Assembly (NCBI RefSeq): GCF_964204645.1
Contig: NC_134030.1
Location: 6,428,778-6,492,777, forward strand
Source of the DNA: Tubulanus polymorphus
Lineage: Eukaryota > Animalia > Nemertea
Direction: 5' to 3'
DNA length: 64,000 bases
Position numbers and translations under genes: made by a program. Shown piece after piece: positions 29,356 to 41,852 of this stretch; positions within the stretch are counted from its first letter, which is position 1; each line of letters begins with the position of its first letter. The notes below the pieces were generated by a model. It was given only the letters and a program-made list of their open reading frames with translations. It made no database searches and was not told where the DNA came from.

Positions 29356-31175
29356 TTACACCGGGTATCTCAACAGATTTACGATAAGAAACAATTTTAT
29401 TTTACGGAAACGGTCAAAATGTCTTTGCAAGAAATCCAACGACCTTGAAGGTGGTAAGCGTTTTCGCGCATACGGTGGTTATTGAGATATGATAATTTTC
29501 GAATTTATATTCCAGTAGCTGTCACAAAGGATTTCCTTCAGCAACGAAATGATTTCTAACTAAAAAAGAAAATACAGTTCATTACATGAGCCAATATTTG
29601 AAGATTATCGACACATTAAGGTCGTTTTACTCTAGCAACGTTTTCGAGAATCGTGCCCCTTTTGAAGAGCGAATACAGTTCGGGAATTCAGTTTTTTAAA
29701 CTTATAATCTATCATCCACGTCAGAATGTGGCTATTCTACTAGAGCTTGGGAATTTGATGAAAGCAATATACATGTATTGAGCGGTTTACGACTATAGAG
29801 TCATATTCCACACCACACGCGTATCAACATACTCATAGATTGGTGTTTCATTTCATCAAATCAACTATAATGCATTTAGAGATACCATCTGATTAACAAC
29901 CTATATCAAAGACTACTACTGACCGCAACACTACATACCTTGTCAGGTATAATTTACTTACAAACCATCGTGCGAAGGATTATTCATTTCACGGATTATG
30001 AAATTATTTCATGAATAGTTGTCGTTAAGTAAACGAATCCACTTAATGACTAAATAGAAAATTCGGTGAACGCTAGCTTATATTGGTATTTCAGTAATCC
30101 AGTAGTAGTCCCCTGCGTAACGTAGAAAGCCTGCTGAATAAACGCCAACACGACTTTCATGACAACGAGCGCTAAGCATATTTAAACTGGTATGGCATTA
30201 GATTCGCTCTGTTATCAAAAGCTACCGGTAAATTACATACAATCCGTAGTTTGTTTATATCAGTGAAGTTCTTACACATATGAATGCGGTCACGGCAGAT
30301 CCTACGAGCGAACGATTTCAAAATCTCAGAATTTATTTCTTAATATGATTTCGTGTATACAAATTCATCAAATTGGAAGGCGGTACGATCAAGGGTAACT
30401 GGCTTCTTTTCAAAAGTCTCTTTGGTTTATTTGAGTTATAATCAAAATCATTAAAGTACCTATATCAAAAAGGCTGTTGAATCTTGAATAACAGCTTTAG
30501 ATTTCGGTTCAAATTCTAGATTAATTCCGATTAAAGAACAAAGTTTTGGTTGATTGAAGAGGGTTTTAATGGTTGTTAGCCCTTCTGGAATTCGTATAAT
30601 CTACTCAATTACAAATGAAAGGCCAACAACAAAAGCCCCGGTTCATTGTGGTTCACAAGTTTTAGCGCCCTGTGATTTCTCCAGATACAATACTGTAATT
30701 CCAGTTTTTTTCACTTTACAATATGAATGCACCTGCTTTAGCAGACACATACGCAAATATAACCAATTCAATAACAAACGATATTACGCCGTATTTCTCT
30801 TTCGAATTTCCTATTCGTATCGATTATTCATACGAATATTAAAATCATTGAAATATTCTACTGAATTTTACAATCTAAATACATAACACTTTCTGAAATT
30901 GTAATAGCTCAAAGGACTCGATTTATTTCTAACACGGTAACTGAATTGATTCGGCACGTATCTATGGAACACATCCAGTCTATAGTTAGTCTAAACGGTA
31001 CTTAATCATATGTATATGTATTTATTTCAAAGTCCGTCAAAGATATCTCGGCAAGCAATTTCACACTAGTACCAACCTAAACACTAAGACATAATCTATT
31101 ATCCATTTTATTTTATTCTAACGCATTTATTTAGAAACGTACCTGTTAATAATTGGAAGCAAAGGTGCGGAGAAT

Positions 31176-34100
31176 TTATTCATGCTGTTGTATTTTGTCC
31201 GCGAGGTCGTCGTCAGGGTGCTCAGTAACGCTCTGTTCCCTGCCACTGTCTTCGAAGTTAACCTATACAAAACAAGCGTTAGCTTCCGTCATTAACGGCA
31301 AATATACACACAACAACCCCTATTCACTCATTATTATACAAACACGTCACTAATAATGCCTTTTCATGTCAGAAAGTTCATATTTTTCCGCTTAAGTGGA
31401 GTTTAACATTTCAAGTACATCGAAATAACGCACGTTCTACTTTCAGAAAGACAATATGTTGTAATTATCGGCATGGCAAAAGATCTGGTTTAGAAGATGA
31501 ATTGTCTAGTCATCATGTCAAGAGGTTGTTTCAAATAAGTAGTTTTAATCTTATACTGGTGTTATGAAACGAATGGTTTCATATTATCTTGAATCTCGAA
31601 AATATTGAAATACATTTATTTCCCTGTAAACAAACATGGAATTAGCCAACAACGCACAGCTAAATAACCAGAAACTCCGCACTAAAACATAACAACATGA
31701 CACCACAGGGAGCAAACGAAGCAATAATAGACTTACCAGGAGGAAAATATCAAGTCCTAAAGACTGATTCGATAGAACCAGCAGTGTGTGTAAGAAGATT
31801 AATGTTTTCCGAAAGAATGAAATTGTTGAAATTCTAACGCTGAAACGTGTCTGAATGTCGATTGGAAACGTAGCTCGCTCCGTATTTACTGCATTGATTA
31901 AACAGGGGATAGTAATGGAATGAGCGCCCCGTGGGTTCATATTCATGTATTGATTAGAAAACACAGCACGACTAGGATACATATACACATACGTTAATTA
32001 CATTAGTTACTGATTTTCCTGTAATGAAATTAATTAATTTCTTCCTCGTGTTTATCTAATAGTTTCATCTCGTATAGTTTTAGAAACGTGCCCTTACGAT
32101 CCGACTGATAGTGTTGTAATTGGAAATTCATCATATGGTTGTTCGAATTTGATTTGTCATTTTGAGTATGGTGATCATAACTAACGCACGTAATTCTGAT
32201 GTAAAGGATAATAGCAATTTGAACGAATTCAAGGCTTGTAAACACTGCGTTTTACCTGTTCGTCAGCTGCATCTGCGGTTGTCTCAGTATCTGTAGTTAT
32301 GATTTCGTTTCGTTCCTGGTCTACGTTATCATTAATGTTACCGGTATTTGATGATATCGCATCTTTTGTCGATGTATCGACCGGTGTTACTGCTGCAGAA
32401 CCAGTCTCGCTATCCTTCTTATCAATCGATTGTTCAGTCTTTGTATCATCAATAGCTTGTCCGATATCCTCGGTTACTGCGACATCATTGCTATCTTTCG
32501 TAGCATTAGATCCTTTTCTGCCGTGTGGCCTATTTCCTTTTCCGTTTTTTGGTGCAGAACGGTTCTGATCTTGTTTTGAAGTTGTAGATTTTTGGTCGTC
32601 AGATGGCGTTTCGATAGATCCACCGTTTTCTGCTAATTGACGTTTCTTTTGAGTGTGTTTCATTAACGCCGCTACCTTAGATACGGCATTCCACTTTAAT
32701 CTGTGATGTACTACAAACTGAAAACAAACGACAAACTCTTATGTAAAATCTTTTTAAAAAATGTAGAAATAATAGCTATTGTGCCCCCACCAAGTGGTGT
32801 AATGAAAAGAAGATTCTTTCAAGGAAATCTGAAAATCTTATGCCATATATATTGCACATGATTTGTGTTGGAGACTATATACCTTCTTTTCTTCACGTTT
32901 AGGTTTATATCCAACATTCTGCAGGGAATTCACTCTTGCATCGGATTTCCATTCTACCTTGTGGTTCTCGACGTACTTGTAAAGAGAATACACATGGAAG
33001 GGGGATAAAGCAACACAACGATAAACTGGTATTCAAGCCAACAACATAAAAACAAGATGTGTCAAACTATATCTATAAGCGAAAGAAATTATCGTCTTTG
33101 CGGGAGCAGCAGCTTGCCATCATTCAGATGAAAGTACAAAACTAGGAACGAGTTCCTCAGAGGATGTATAATGGTACCCGCTACCATAATATATATTCAT
33201 CGTACGACCTTTGAGCAACTGGACCTAGGTTGAGGTTGTTAATTCTAAAAGCAAAGCGTAATTGAGCCATTTTAGAAAATATGGTAACCTTTTTATCCTT
33301 CCTTATGGGAACAAAGTCAGCCTTTGCCCACGGTGTACTACGATTATCCAAACTGATCGAAGAACGCTTTAGCACTGGTTTTGGAGCTGCTGTAATAATG
33401 AAAAACAGTTTTACTACTAAACATGTGGAGGGAACACGTGGGAGTGGTACGGTATATACGATAGTAAGTTAAAACAGATCAAGTCAGCATAAAAACTACG
33501 ACGCAGTATATGTATGTATATGAAAATAGAATCGATGTGTCTAATCTGTTTTGCTAATGATATATGATCTGAATAATATATGACCGGTCACAGGTGCATC
33601 AGACTACGTATCATTGCGTGACATTTTGATGACGTTTTTTTTCATTTTATTTCATCTATTTGACAAACTTATATGATCATTTATAATACAAAAACAACAG
33701 GTTATAACGTTATAACATAAGTTTGTCTGGGGATTTTGCTCCGAAAAGCAACACGTGTTCATAGGAAGTGACCCCAGGAAGGGATAAAGTTTATACGTAA
33801 TGAATTCAAATAGATTTATATGCAGCAATACGACAATAAGTCATTCGAGGATTTCATTACTTGTTTTTGTCGAAATTAACGTGATTCATCAGAACGGATT
33901 GTGTGATCCACTCCCTGATTGATTTATTCGACGGAAATTCTAATATTTACATAGTACACATGTACATGTTTGATTGGGTCTATTGATTTGAAAAATAGAA
34001 TAATCATACATTACAAACCGAATACACAGAACAGATGTTAGCATTATTGTTATATTATAGCAATAGTTCGTACAATGAGTAGCGAACGAACTGTTTGTGG

Positions 34101-37100
34101 TTAAATGGATGCTGTGCAAGTTAGGAATTTTGTATGAAACACCATAAGCAAATTCATAGATTGATTGCTAGCTCCGTGACGATGATTTCACACTACATTT
34201 GCTTCTGCAATCGCTTCAGGGTGACTTTAAAACATCCCAAGCTTGACATGAAATATTTGGCGCACAATTCGGACTTTGGATCATATGCGGTTTATTGCAC
34301 TGTAAAGTTCAATTTGAAATCCGATGTATTGCATAATCCAATTGAGACAAAATAATCGATTTACATTGAGTCAGTGAGATCCACATATTCATGATTTGAA
34401 TATTTAGTAAAACAGACCATAAAAACACATTGTATTGCCCCAGCTGGGAAATTAACACATAATATACAATTTATAGTCTGCGAAATATACTACATGGAGT
34501 ATTAGTACATTATATATTTTACTAGCCCTGTTGCATCGTATTATCCTTATCATCAATGAAAGGTCTGATAAGATAACCGCGTTAACAATTATCCAAAACT
34601 AGTATGCGAAAACCTGGTGCTTTCAGCCCATTCGAGCTGACAGTTGGTAACATCGCAGTGCACATTTGTCTTTCATTGTCAATTAAACTGCACCAATGAA
34701 AAGTTATTTCTTGAATTTCTTGAATATTTTCAGTTGCCCGAATCTCCTGTAAAATCCTCCACCAATAACTGTTCAAATATTTATCACTTACCGGATCTTT
34801 TGTTGACAGGTTGTAATCGCTTTGTTGGTGCTGGCGCACTACTTGGCTTATCCTTATGTCTAGGTACTGATCTACTATCATTCGCTTTATCAGCTGATGC
34901 CGTGTTCGTCTTTTGAATGGGAGTTTTGTCTGCTCTTTGAGCGTCGTGGCTCTGAGCTCTGCGAATTGGTGCTGGCTTCGTAGCTCTTACTACATCCATG
35001 GATGATTTTCGGGCCTGAACTTTAGTGGTATCCGCTCTTTTATTTGAGGATGGTTTAAGGGTTTTAGATGGTACCGGAGGCGGTATTACACCTGTAGACG
35101 AATCCTGTCTCCGCCTGATTACCTTAGGAGGGGTATCTTCCTTGGGAGAAGAATCGTGGATTTTACTTGTATCCTTATCATTCTTCGTTGCAGTTTTTGA
35201 TTTTGCAACAACTTTAGCTTTAGTGTCTTTGTTGATTTTATCCTTCGTAGTTTTATTCGTGGTATTGACTTGTTTTGGAGCAACCTGTTTGCCTGCTGGT
35301 CGATTTCTTATGTTACTTGATTTACCACGGTTTTGCGGTGCATCTTTACCATTGGTTTTAGTACCAATGTGCTCAGTTTCTTCTTTTGAGTCTGGAGTAT
35401 CTACCAACTGTTTTAGAAAGTCCAAATTACTCTCTTGTGCATTCTCAATCGTTCCAACGGTAGTTCCATCCCTCCCACAGATTATATCCGATTTTCTACG
35501 CCTTTTCCGTAATGGAATATCGCAAACAATACTGCAACGCTTACTTAGTGTCAGCATTTCTTGTTTTTGATCGACGTACAGCCTTGAATTGCAGTTTTTC
35601 TCTTGTGATATAGGCCTGTTTTCAGCATCCAAACTGTCTTGGTCAAACCTTTCCACAGGGCCTTCCTCGATGGTAGAATTCTCTTTTTCAACAACATTTG
35701 AATTCAAATTATCTTGATTAACATTTTCAGTTGTAGAATTCAAACTATCGTGATCAAACTGCGAGCGTTCCTCTTCATTTTCTGATGGCAATATGGCATT
35801 ACTCTTTTTATCAAAACTGTCCCCATCAAATTCAGTATTCGTTTTCTCAGCAAAGTGGTCTTCAGCATCACTTGATCTAATGTCCTTTTCAATATCGTTA
35901 TTATCATCATCCATTGAAAATTCTTGACGTATATGGTCAAGCGTCATTTCGCAATTAAGATAGAAATCGTAAGTTGCTGGGTTGGCCTCTTCCACAACAG
36001 CGTCCACTTTCAAATCTCTGTTTTCCTCTTTTGTAGCATCTTTGTTATTTGACGGTTTGGGTTTACTTTGTTTGGATATTTTACTGATAGTTTCTGTCTT
36101 TACCTTAGATTTTTCTGTTGCTTTTTTAGTTTTTGCACCGGTGGATTTTGACATATTCGATTCCGATGTCGGCTTTAACGAGGAAGAGCTTTTGGAATTC
36201 GTTTCGGGCTTGCTTTTTTCGACAGACTGGCTTCCCGTTCTTGTACTTGCTAATTTAGTACTAACTGGTGTTGATAGTTTAATTGGATCGGATACTTGTT
36301 TCTTAAGATTCCGGCCCTTTGTTGTAGCATTACCTTTAGGTGCTTCTTCGGCAGTGACTGACTTCTGGTTAGTCTTTCTGGAAATCGGTTCTCCTTTCTT
36401 CGCGAGACTTTCTTTCCTTTCAGGCTTAGCTGGTGGTGTTGTAGTCACCGCACTTGTTACACCAGCTTTACCCTTTGACCTATCAATAGTCGGTTTTGTA
36501 GCACCATTCATTCTTGTCTGTCGTGACGTCTTAGTATCATCTAAAATGCTACCAACACTTGCATTTCTATCCGGTCTTTTCGGTTTAGTATAAACTGGTC
36601 GCTCCTCGGCCGAACGTTGCTTTGATAGGCTCGTTACTTTTTTCGAAATCTCACCTGGTGCAGATTTCTTCACGTGATTTTCCAGTTCTGTGTGCTTTTT
36701 ATCATCTCCCAGATGATCTTTCTTCGGTTTAGACTTTGGTCGGAGATTATCAACGGATTCCAACTTGTCTTTGATGACCTCATCAGGGGCTTTACTCGCG
36801 GAAGACTTTTCATCGTTGGCAGATGTTTCACTTTCATTTATGTTTTCCGAATTCTGTTCCATATGGTTCCCTTCAGACGGACTCATCTTTTTAGCAATAT
36901 GCTCCTCGTATTCATTCAGGTAACTCATAGTGATATCTGTTTGACAGCTAAATTCAACTTTTGAATCACTAGTGTCAGAAGATTTTAAAGTCCCATTAGC
37001 CTGCTTAGAAGGTTGATTCGTTTCTTCGACAATCTTTGCAGCGGGTTTGAGACCATTTTCCTGAATTTGGTTCGTAAGAACAACCTCCCTCAACAGTGAC

Positions 37101-37756
37101 CACTTACGAGCTTTACGAGGGGGAGCAACTGGGGCATTATCTGTCGCTGTTTTTTCATCTGTAGCCTTGACTTCTAGTTCATTTTCTGTATCTTTGTTAT
37201 TCTTCTCATCGTCAACAACGTCTTGACTTTTATTGATATCATCTTCTTTTTTAGTTTCATCTGTCGAAACCTTAAATGCTGCTTTGAATGCAGCCCAGCT
37301 AGATCGACGCCCCATTGACACTGCTGCCGGAGCCTTCTCACCCTCCTCAACTACGTTATCCCCATCAGCATTGATAGCAAGCCCCTTTTTCACTACGTCA
37401 ACATCGGCCGATGGTTTGTCTACTTTACTGTCGTCATCTTTGTCACTTTTCTTTTTCCCATCAGCTGAAATCGCTTTCACTAATTTCGGACTTGCTTTCT
37501 TTTTATTAACTGCGGACGATTTGTTGTCCTTTTTAGACACATTCACAGGTTTTGCAGCCTTTGAATTCGACTTATTCACCGAATCACCTTTTCCTTCCAA
37601 TACCCTTTGAGTTTCAAGCTCATCGATAAACCTTATTACGTCATCCCAATCTATACCTTCAATTTCATCGGTCTGTGTTTCCGCAAAAGGGCGGTAGACT
37701 TTACCTTTAACAGATTTGCTCAAAAGACGGGCAAAAAATCCCAACTTTGCTGCCAT
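31176..37756 (-). CDS. Large MAP2/MAP4-like disordered protein (~1235 aa); predicted exons 37756-34792, 33389-33289, 32975-32883, 32717-32256, 31262-31176
   Basis: A 990-codon K/S/T/D/E-rich ORF ends at a G|GTAAGT donor. Downstream GT-AG exons join in frame. The 93-nt exon encodes a tau-type repeat (YVENHKVEWKSDARVNSLQNVGYKPKREEKK) and the next exon begins with a partial one (FVVHHRLKWNAVSKV). The start codon and last exon are less certain. Confidence 0.75.
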
Positions 37757-39148
37757 GTTCTTATATCATTTGATTTCCGCAGAATTAGTAAAATTTTCAC
37801 ACTGGTGCTACAAATCCTTTGTCTTCTTATTTTCGTCCGATTGCAAACGATCGTCAGTTGTAAGGGAAAGCTGGAGTTGAGCCATTGCGACTATTACCTT
37901 CCAGAACTTGAAATATATACTGTGATAGATATCGGATCGTTGAATTTCAGTAGTCCGTCTGAGCGATGGCATCGCAAAACACCAGCCAAACACGTTCGTG
38001 TTATTTCCGACAGTTATTACTAAAGTATCAAGCGATGGGTATCCAGGCGTTCTACAACTCTTGTTGCATCCAGCTGCTACGTGATGTACTGAACTTTGCA
38101 ACCTGATACGATTATCCCAGAACAATAACGCTTTCACATCAAATTAAATTTTACTAGTGCAATGGATGTGTATGTACGTGATGCATGCATATACGGACGA
38201 AGCGTAGTGCTTACTGCTCTATATTTTTGCTTGATCAGACAGCAGATGTTCTGACTACCACTTCAGTAATACAGAAAAATATTCGTCATACAATTTACAA
38301 TGTAAATTGCAGTGCTGATGTCGACTGAATCAATATAATGCCAGATGAATTTTATATGTTTTGCGATTGTTTGGTGCCTCGGATTTTTATAATCTTCGCA
38401 CATAGCAAAATAAAATTATTCTTTATGTATGCCGTTCTTGAAGCCATCGATAAGAGTCGTTTATTGTTACACCTCGTTAATTAGACTACATGAAAATGCT
38501 CAACAAAACCGCTACAGGAACCAGATGAATGCATAGATGTAGGCTTCTTTATTGCATCCAGGCCAAGATTTTCCAGAAGTAAACATCTAACCACAATGAA
38601 GCAGGTTACGAAAATACTGTACATTTTGTCTTGCGATTGAATATAGCTTGACGAATTATGAATATTTTCCCTTTGCTTTGTATGCATGAACAAAATACAA
38701 CTCAGAAGAATATTTTTAGCCCATTCATTGCAGGTTATCACACAATCGTCGCACAGCGAACTATGATTATCTTCAGTCGGACAAGTAAAATCTCATTACT
38801 ATCGCGACCCATTATATACTGTATGTAGACGAGATATCAGTCTATTTGCTACGATACATATATACATACATGTCGACATATTTTGCTGAGCTCAGGCCAG
38901 AGGTAGGCTAAATCTATAAAATTCTTTTTAAGAGGTTAATATAACCAACGATCAAATTCGTCGTTGATAATTCAGTATTCTAACGCCAAAAAAAATCTAA
39001 ATACATGAATCAACTCAGTTAATTCAGAAGTTATCGCTCTTTAGATTTGTATAGCTAGAGATTGTATTTAATCATGATCATTATCTCTGCTTATTAATTT
39101 TTCTCCCACAAAATTCTTAATATGCAACGTTTGTAATATTTTTTAGAA

Positions 39149-40657
39149 ATGATATTTGCAATTTCAATCACTCTCTTGGTCGCCAGTTTAGAAGTTGTAT
39201 CAGCGGGTAGAGTGTTACTTCTACCTTCAATATGGCCAAGTCACTTAATGGAAATGAAGCCTATTGCTGCTGCATTAACTCGACGAGGTCACCAGCCATT
39301 TATGATAATGCCAAGTACAGCCGTCCTGATTCCAGACTCGCTTAAGAAATCTGGCGTGAAATTTGTAAAGTATCATTCGACGAACGTAGACCCTTTCAAC
39401 GACGAATACATGAAAAATAAGTCAACACAGGCTTATCTTGACTTTAAAATGGGAGAAAATGAGTTGTTACTTGATGTTGGTGGTAGGCAGTGTAACGACG
39501 TGGTTGGCAATATCGATTTATTATCAGATTTGTCGAAGTTAAAATTCGATCTGGTGCTCATCGATCCGTTCTTTCCATCGTTATGTTTGTATAAAGTAGC
39601 CGAGCAAATAGGTAAGCCGGTAGCTGCATTGACGTCACTTCCGTCTTGGCCGTGGTCTCCGGCATTCGCTAGATTGCCGTCTATATCACAGTCGTTTATA
39701 TTCGGTGGAACAAACGACTGGGGTATTGTGAATCGTTTTATCAATGTTGCTGTCTACGTCGGCATTAGCTTCCAACCTTATCTTCACATTCGGAATCTAG
39801 AACTCCCACATCTGGCGACGAAACTTACAGACGTTTGGTTTATAGAAGCCGAGGAATTGTTAGATGCTGCCCGAGTTAGCGCCCCGAATGTTCGCTGGGT
39901 CGGTGGACTTACCGCACAGCCACCAGCGCCGTTACCAGAAAAATTGAATAAATTCGTTGAATCTGCTAGTGCTGGATTCTTACTGGTTGCATTTGGCTCG
40001 AAATTGTCGAATCTTGGAAAATCGATCAACGAAAAAATGGTGAAGGTTTTCGGTAAACTCAACCGAAAAGTGATCTGGAAAGTAAGATCTGGTTACGAAG
40101 GTATCGACAATTTGCCGGACAACGTGATGCCGTTATCGTGGGTTCCTCAGAACGACCTTTTAGGTCACGTAAATTGCCGGGCCGTGCTCCTACATTGCGG
40201 TAATAACGGCATGTACGAAGCCTTGTATCATGGTGTACCGATGATTGGTAATCCGGCTATCGGTGACCAACCATTCAATTGTAAGAGACTGAAAAACAAA
40301 GGATTCGGATTGACGATCGACGTAAGGACTGATGACGTCGACAAAATTTATAATACGATAAAAGAAGTTATCGATAATCCAATCTATCATAGAAATATAG
40401 AAAAAGCATCAGCAATTCGTAAATCGCGAATGGTTTCTCCTGTCGATGAAATAGTTCATACTATGGAACTAATGATGACGTACGGTACAAAACATTTGAA
40501 ATTTCCACCCAGTGACCTAAACATCTTTCAGGTCATTCTTCTCGATGTTTTGTTTGTAGTTGCTTTTATCGTCATCTGCTTGATCTTCATCGTAAAATTT
40601 TTTTGTAAAAGATTGTGTTGCAAGAACAGTAAAATGATGAAGTTGAAGAAGAAATGA
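39149..40657 (+). CDS. UDP-glucuronosyl/glycosyltransferase (GT1), 502 aa, intronless CDS
   Basis: Signal peptide, N-terminal SH catalytic His, UGT signature WVPQNDLLGH...HCGNNGMYEALYHGVPMIGNPAIGDQ, C-terminal TM helix and lysine-rich ER-retention tail. Confidence 0.96.
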   Translation: MIFAISITLLVASLEVVSAGRVLLLPSIWPSHLMEMKPIAAALTRRGHQPFMIMPSTAVLIPDSLKKSGVKFVKYHSTNVDPFNDEYMKNKSTQAYLDFKMGENELLLDVGGRQCNDVVGNIDLLSDLSKLKFDLVLIDPFFPSLCLYKVAEQIGKPVAALTSLPSWPWSPAFARLPSISQSFIFGGTNDWGIVNRFINVAVYVGISFQPYLHIRNLELPHLATKLTDVWFIEAEELLDAARVSAPNVRWVGGLTAQPPAPLPEKLNKFVESASAGFLLVAFGSKLSNLGKSINEKMVKVFGKLNRKVIWKVRSGYEGIDNLPDNVMPLSWVPQNDLLGHVNCRAVLLHCGNNGMYEALYHGVPMIGNPAIGDQPFNCKRLKNKGFGLTIDVRTDDVDKIYNTIKEVIDNPIYHRNIEKASAIRKSRMVSPVDEIVHTMELMMTYGTKHLKFPPSDLNIFQVILLDVLFVVAFIVICLIFIVKFFCKRLCCKNSKMMKLKKK

Positions 40658-40913
40658 ATGAAAATTTTATTAATGTTTTAAGAAAATAGAATATTTTTTC
40701 TCTTTCTCTTTTTATAAATATCAAAACACCAATTCAATTAAATGATGCATGCGCAGTGACGTGGACTAAAATCGGAGAAAATTAGGAATACAATAAAGTT
40801 TCAGAAGTCGGATTAAATCCACGGATGCGATTGGTTCGTGAATCTGATCAAATCCTATTCAGTTATGTTTATTAAACTTCTAACCGCTTTTTAGAAATAT
40901 CAGATAACAAACC

Positions 40914-41852
40914 ATGAATGATTCGGCACAGTATCGACTTCCTTTTTACACAACCATAGTCTTAGACACGCCTAAAGCTATATCCGAGACTATGAGATAT
41001 TTCCAATTGATTGCGTTGCCTATAATAGCGGTAGCCGGAATTTTCGGAAATATTTGCAGTTTCCTAGTGATGGTTAGTCGTAGATTCCGTGTGTTTTCTT
41101 ATTCTCAATACCTCGCTGCACTCGCCGTGTTTGACATGCTTACCTTGTTAGCTTACACGATGCCTTTTATCAACTACGTTACCTATCCCAACATGGTTAT
41201 CACGTATTCTTCTGATTTGGCATGCGCCATTCATGAGTACATCGCGATGGTTAACGATGCTGTCAGCTCTTGGATGGTGATCATCATCACCGCTGAACGT
41301 TTTGCTATAGTCGTTTGGCCGTTCGCTGCCCGGACTATTGCGACGCCATCTTTTTCGCGAAAGGTCATCGTATTTTTCACCGTTGTTTTCTATTGTTATT
41401 ACGCGTATTTATTCAAAGTTATGAAATACAACGTTCAAATGGATACGTGCGTTATGACACGATACGGAGGAGATCTACATTTTCAGTCCGCTACGATCTT
41501 GGTTGTATATCTACCTACCGTATCTATTTTAGCGTTCAACTTTTTTCTAGCTTTGATTTTACGCCGAAGCAACAAATTCGGTGACAGCGGAAGCAAAGCA
41601 GCCTCAACTCGCAAAGCGACGGTTATGGTAATGACAGTTTCAATATTGTTCGTAATTTTCACGTATCCCACGGCATCTTTTCTGATGATTTCGACGTACG
41701 TCCCGATTGATCAAGATATCATAATCATCTTGTCGGCGGTGACCGGTGCCGCGTATGCGATGAACAGTGCCATTAACTTCTACGTGTACTTACTAGCCGG
41801 GGACGAGGTGCGTAATTTCGTCAAAGAACGAATCATGAAATGGTGCAAATGA
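40914..41852 (+). CDS. Class A (rhodopsin-like) GPCR copy 1, peptide-receptor-like (FMRFamide-R/GPR139-type) orphan
   Basis: 312 aa, 7 hydrophobic segments, GN in TM1, LAVFD in TM2, ERF (DRY variant), TM3/ECL2 cysteines, NSAINFYVY in TM7. Confidence 0.93.
   Translation: MNDSAQYRLPFYTTIVLDTPKAISETMRYFQLIALPIIAVAGIFGNICSFLVMVSRRFRVFSYSQYLAALAVFDMLTLLAYTMPFINYVTYPNMVITYSSDLACAIHEYIAMVNDAVSSWMVIIITAERFAIVVWPFAARTIATPSFSRKVIVFFTVVFYCYYAYLFKVMKYNVQMDTCVMTRYGGDLHFQSATILVVYLPTVSILAFNFFLALILRRSNKFGDSGSKAASTRKATVMVMTVSILFVIFTYPTASFLMISTYVPIDQDIIIILSAVTGAAYAMNSAINFYVYLLAGDEVRNFVKERIMKWCK

Noticed and set aside
35025-37610. Plus-strand ORFs of 125-203 aa with hydrophobic look
   Set aside because: Antisense shadows of the Lys/Glu/Asp-rich MAP-like exon.
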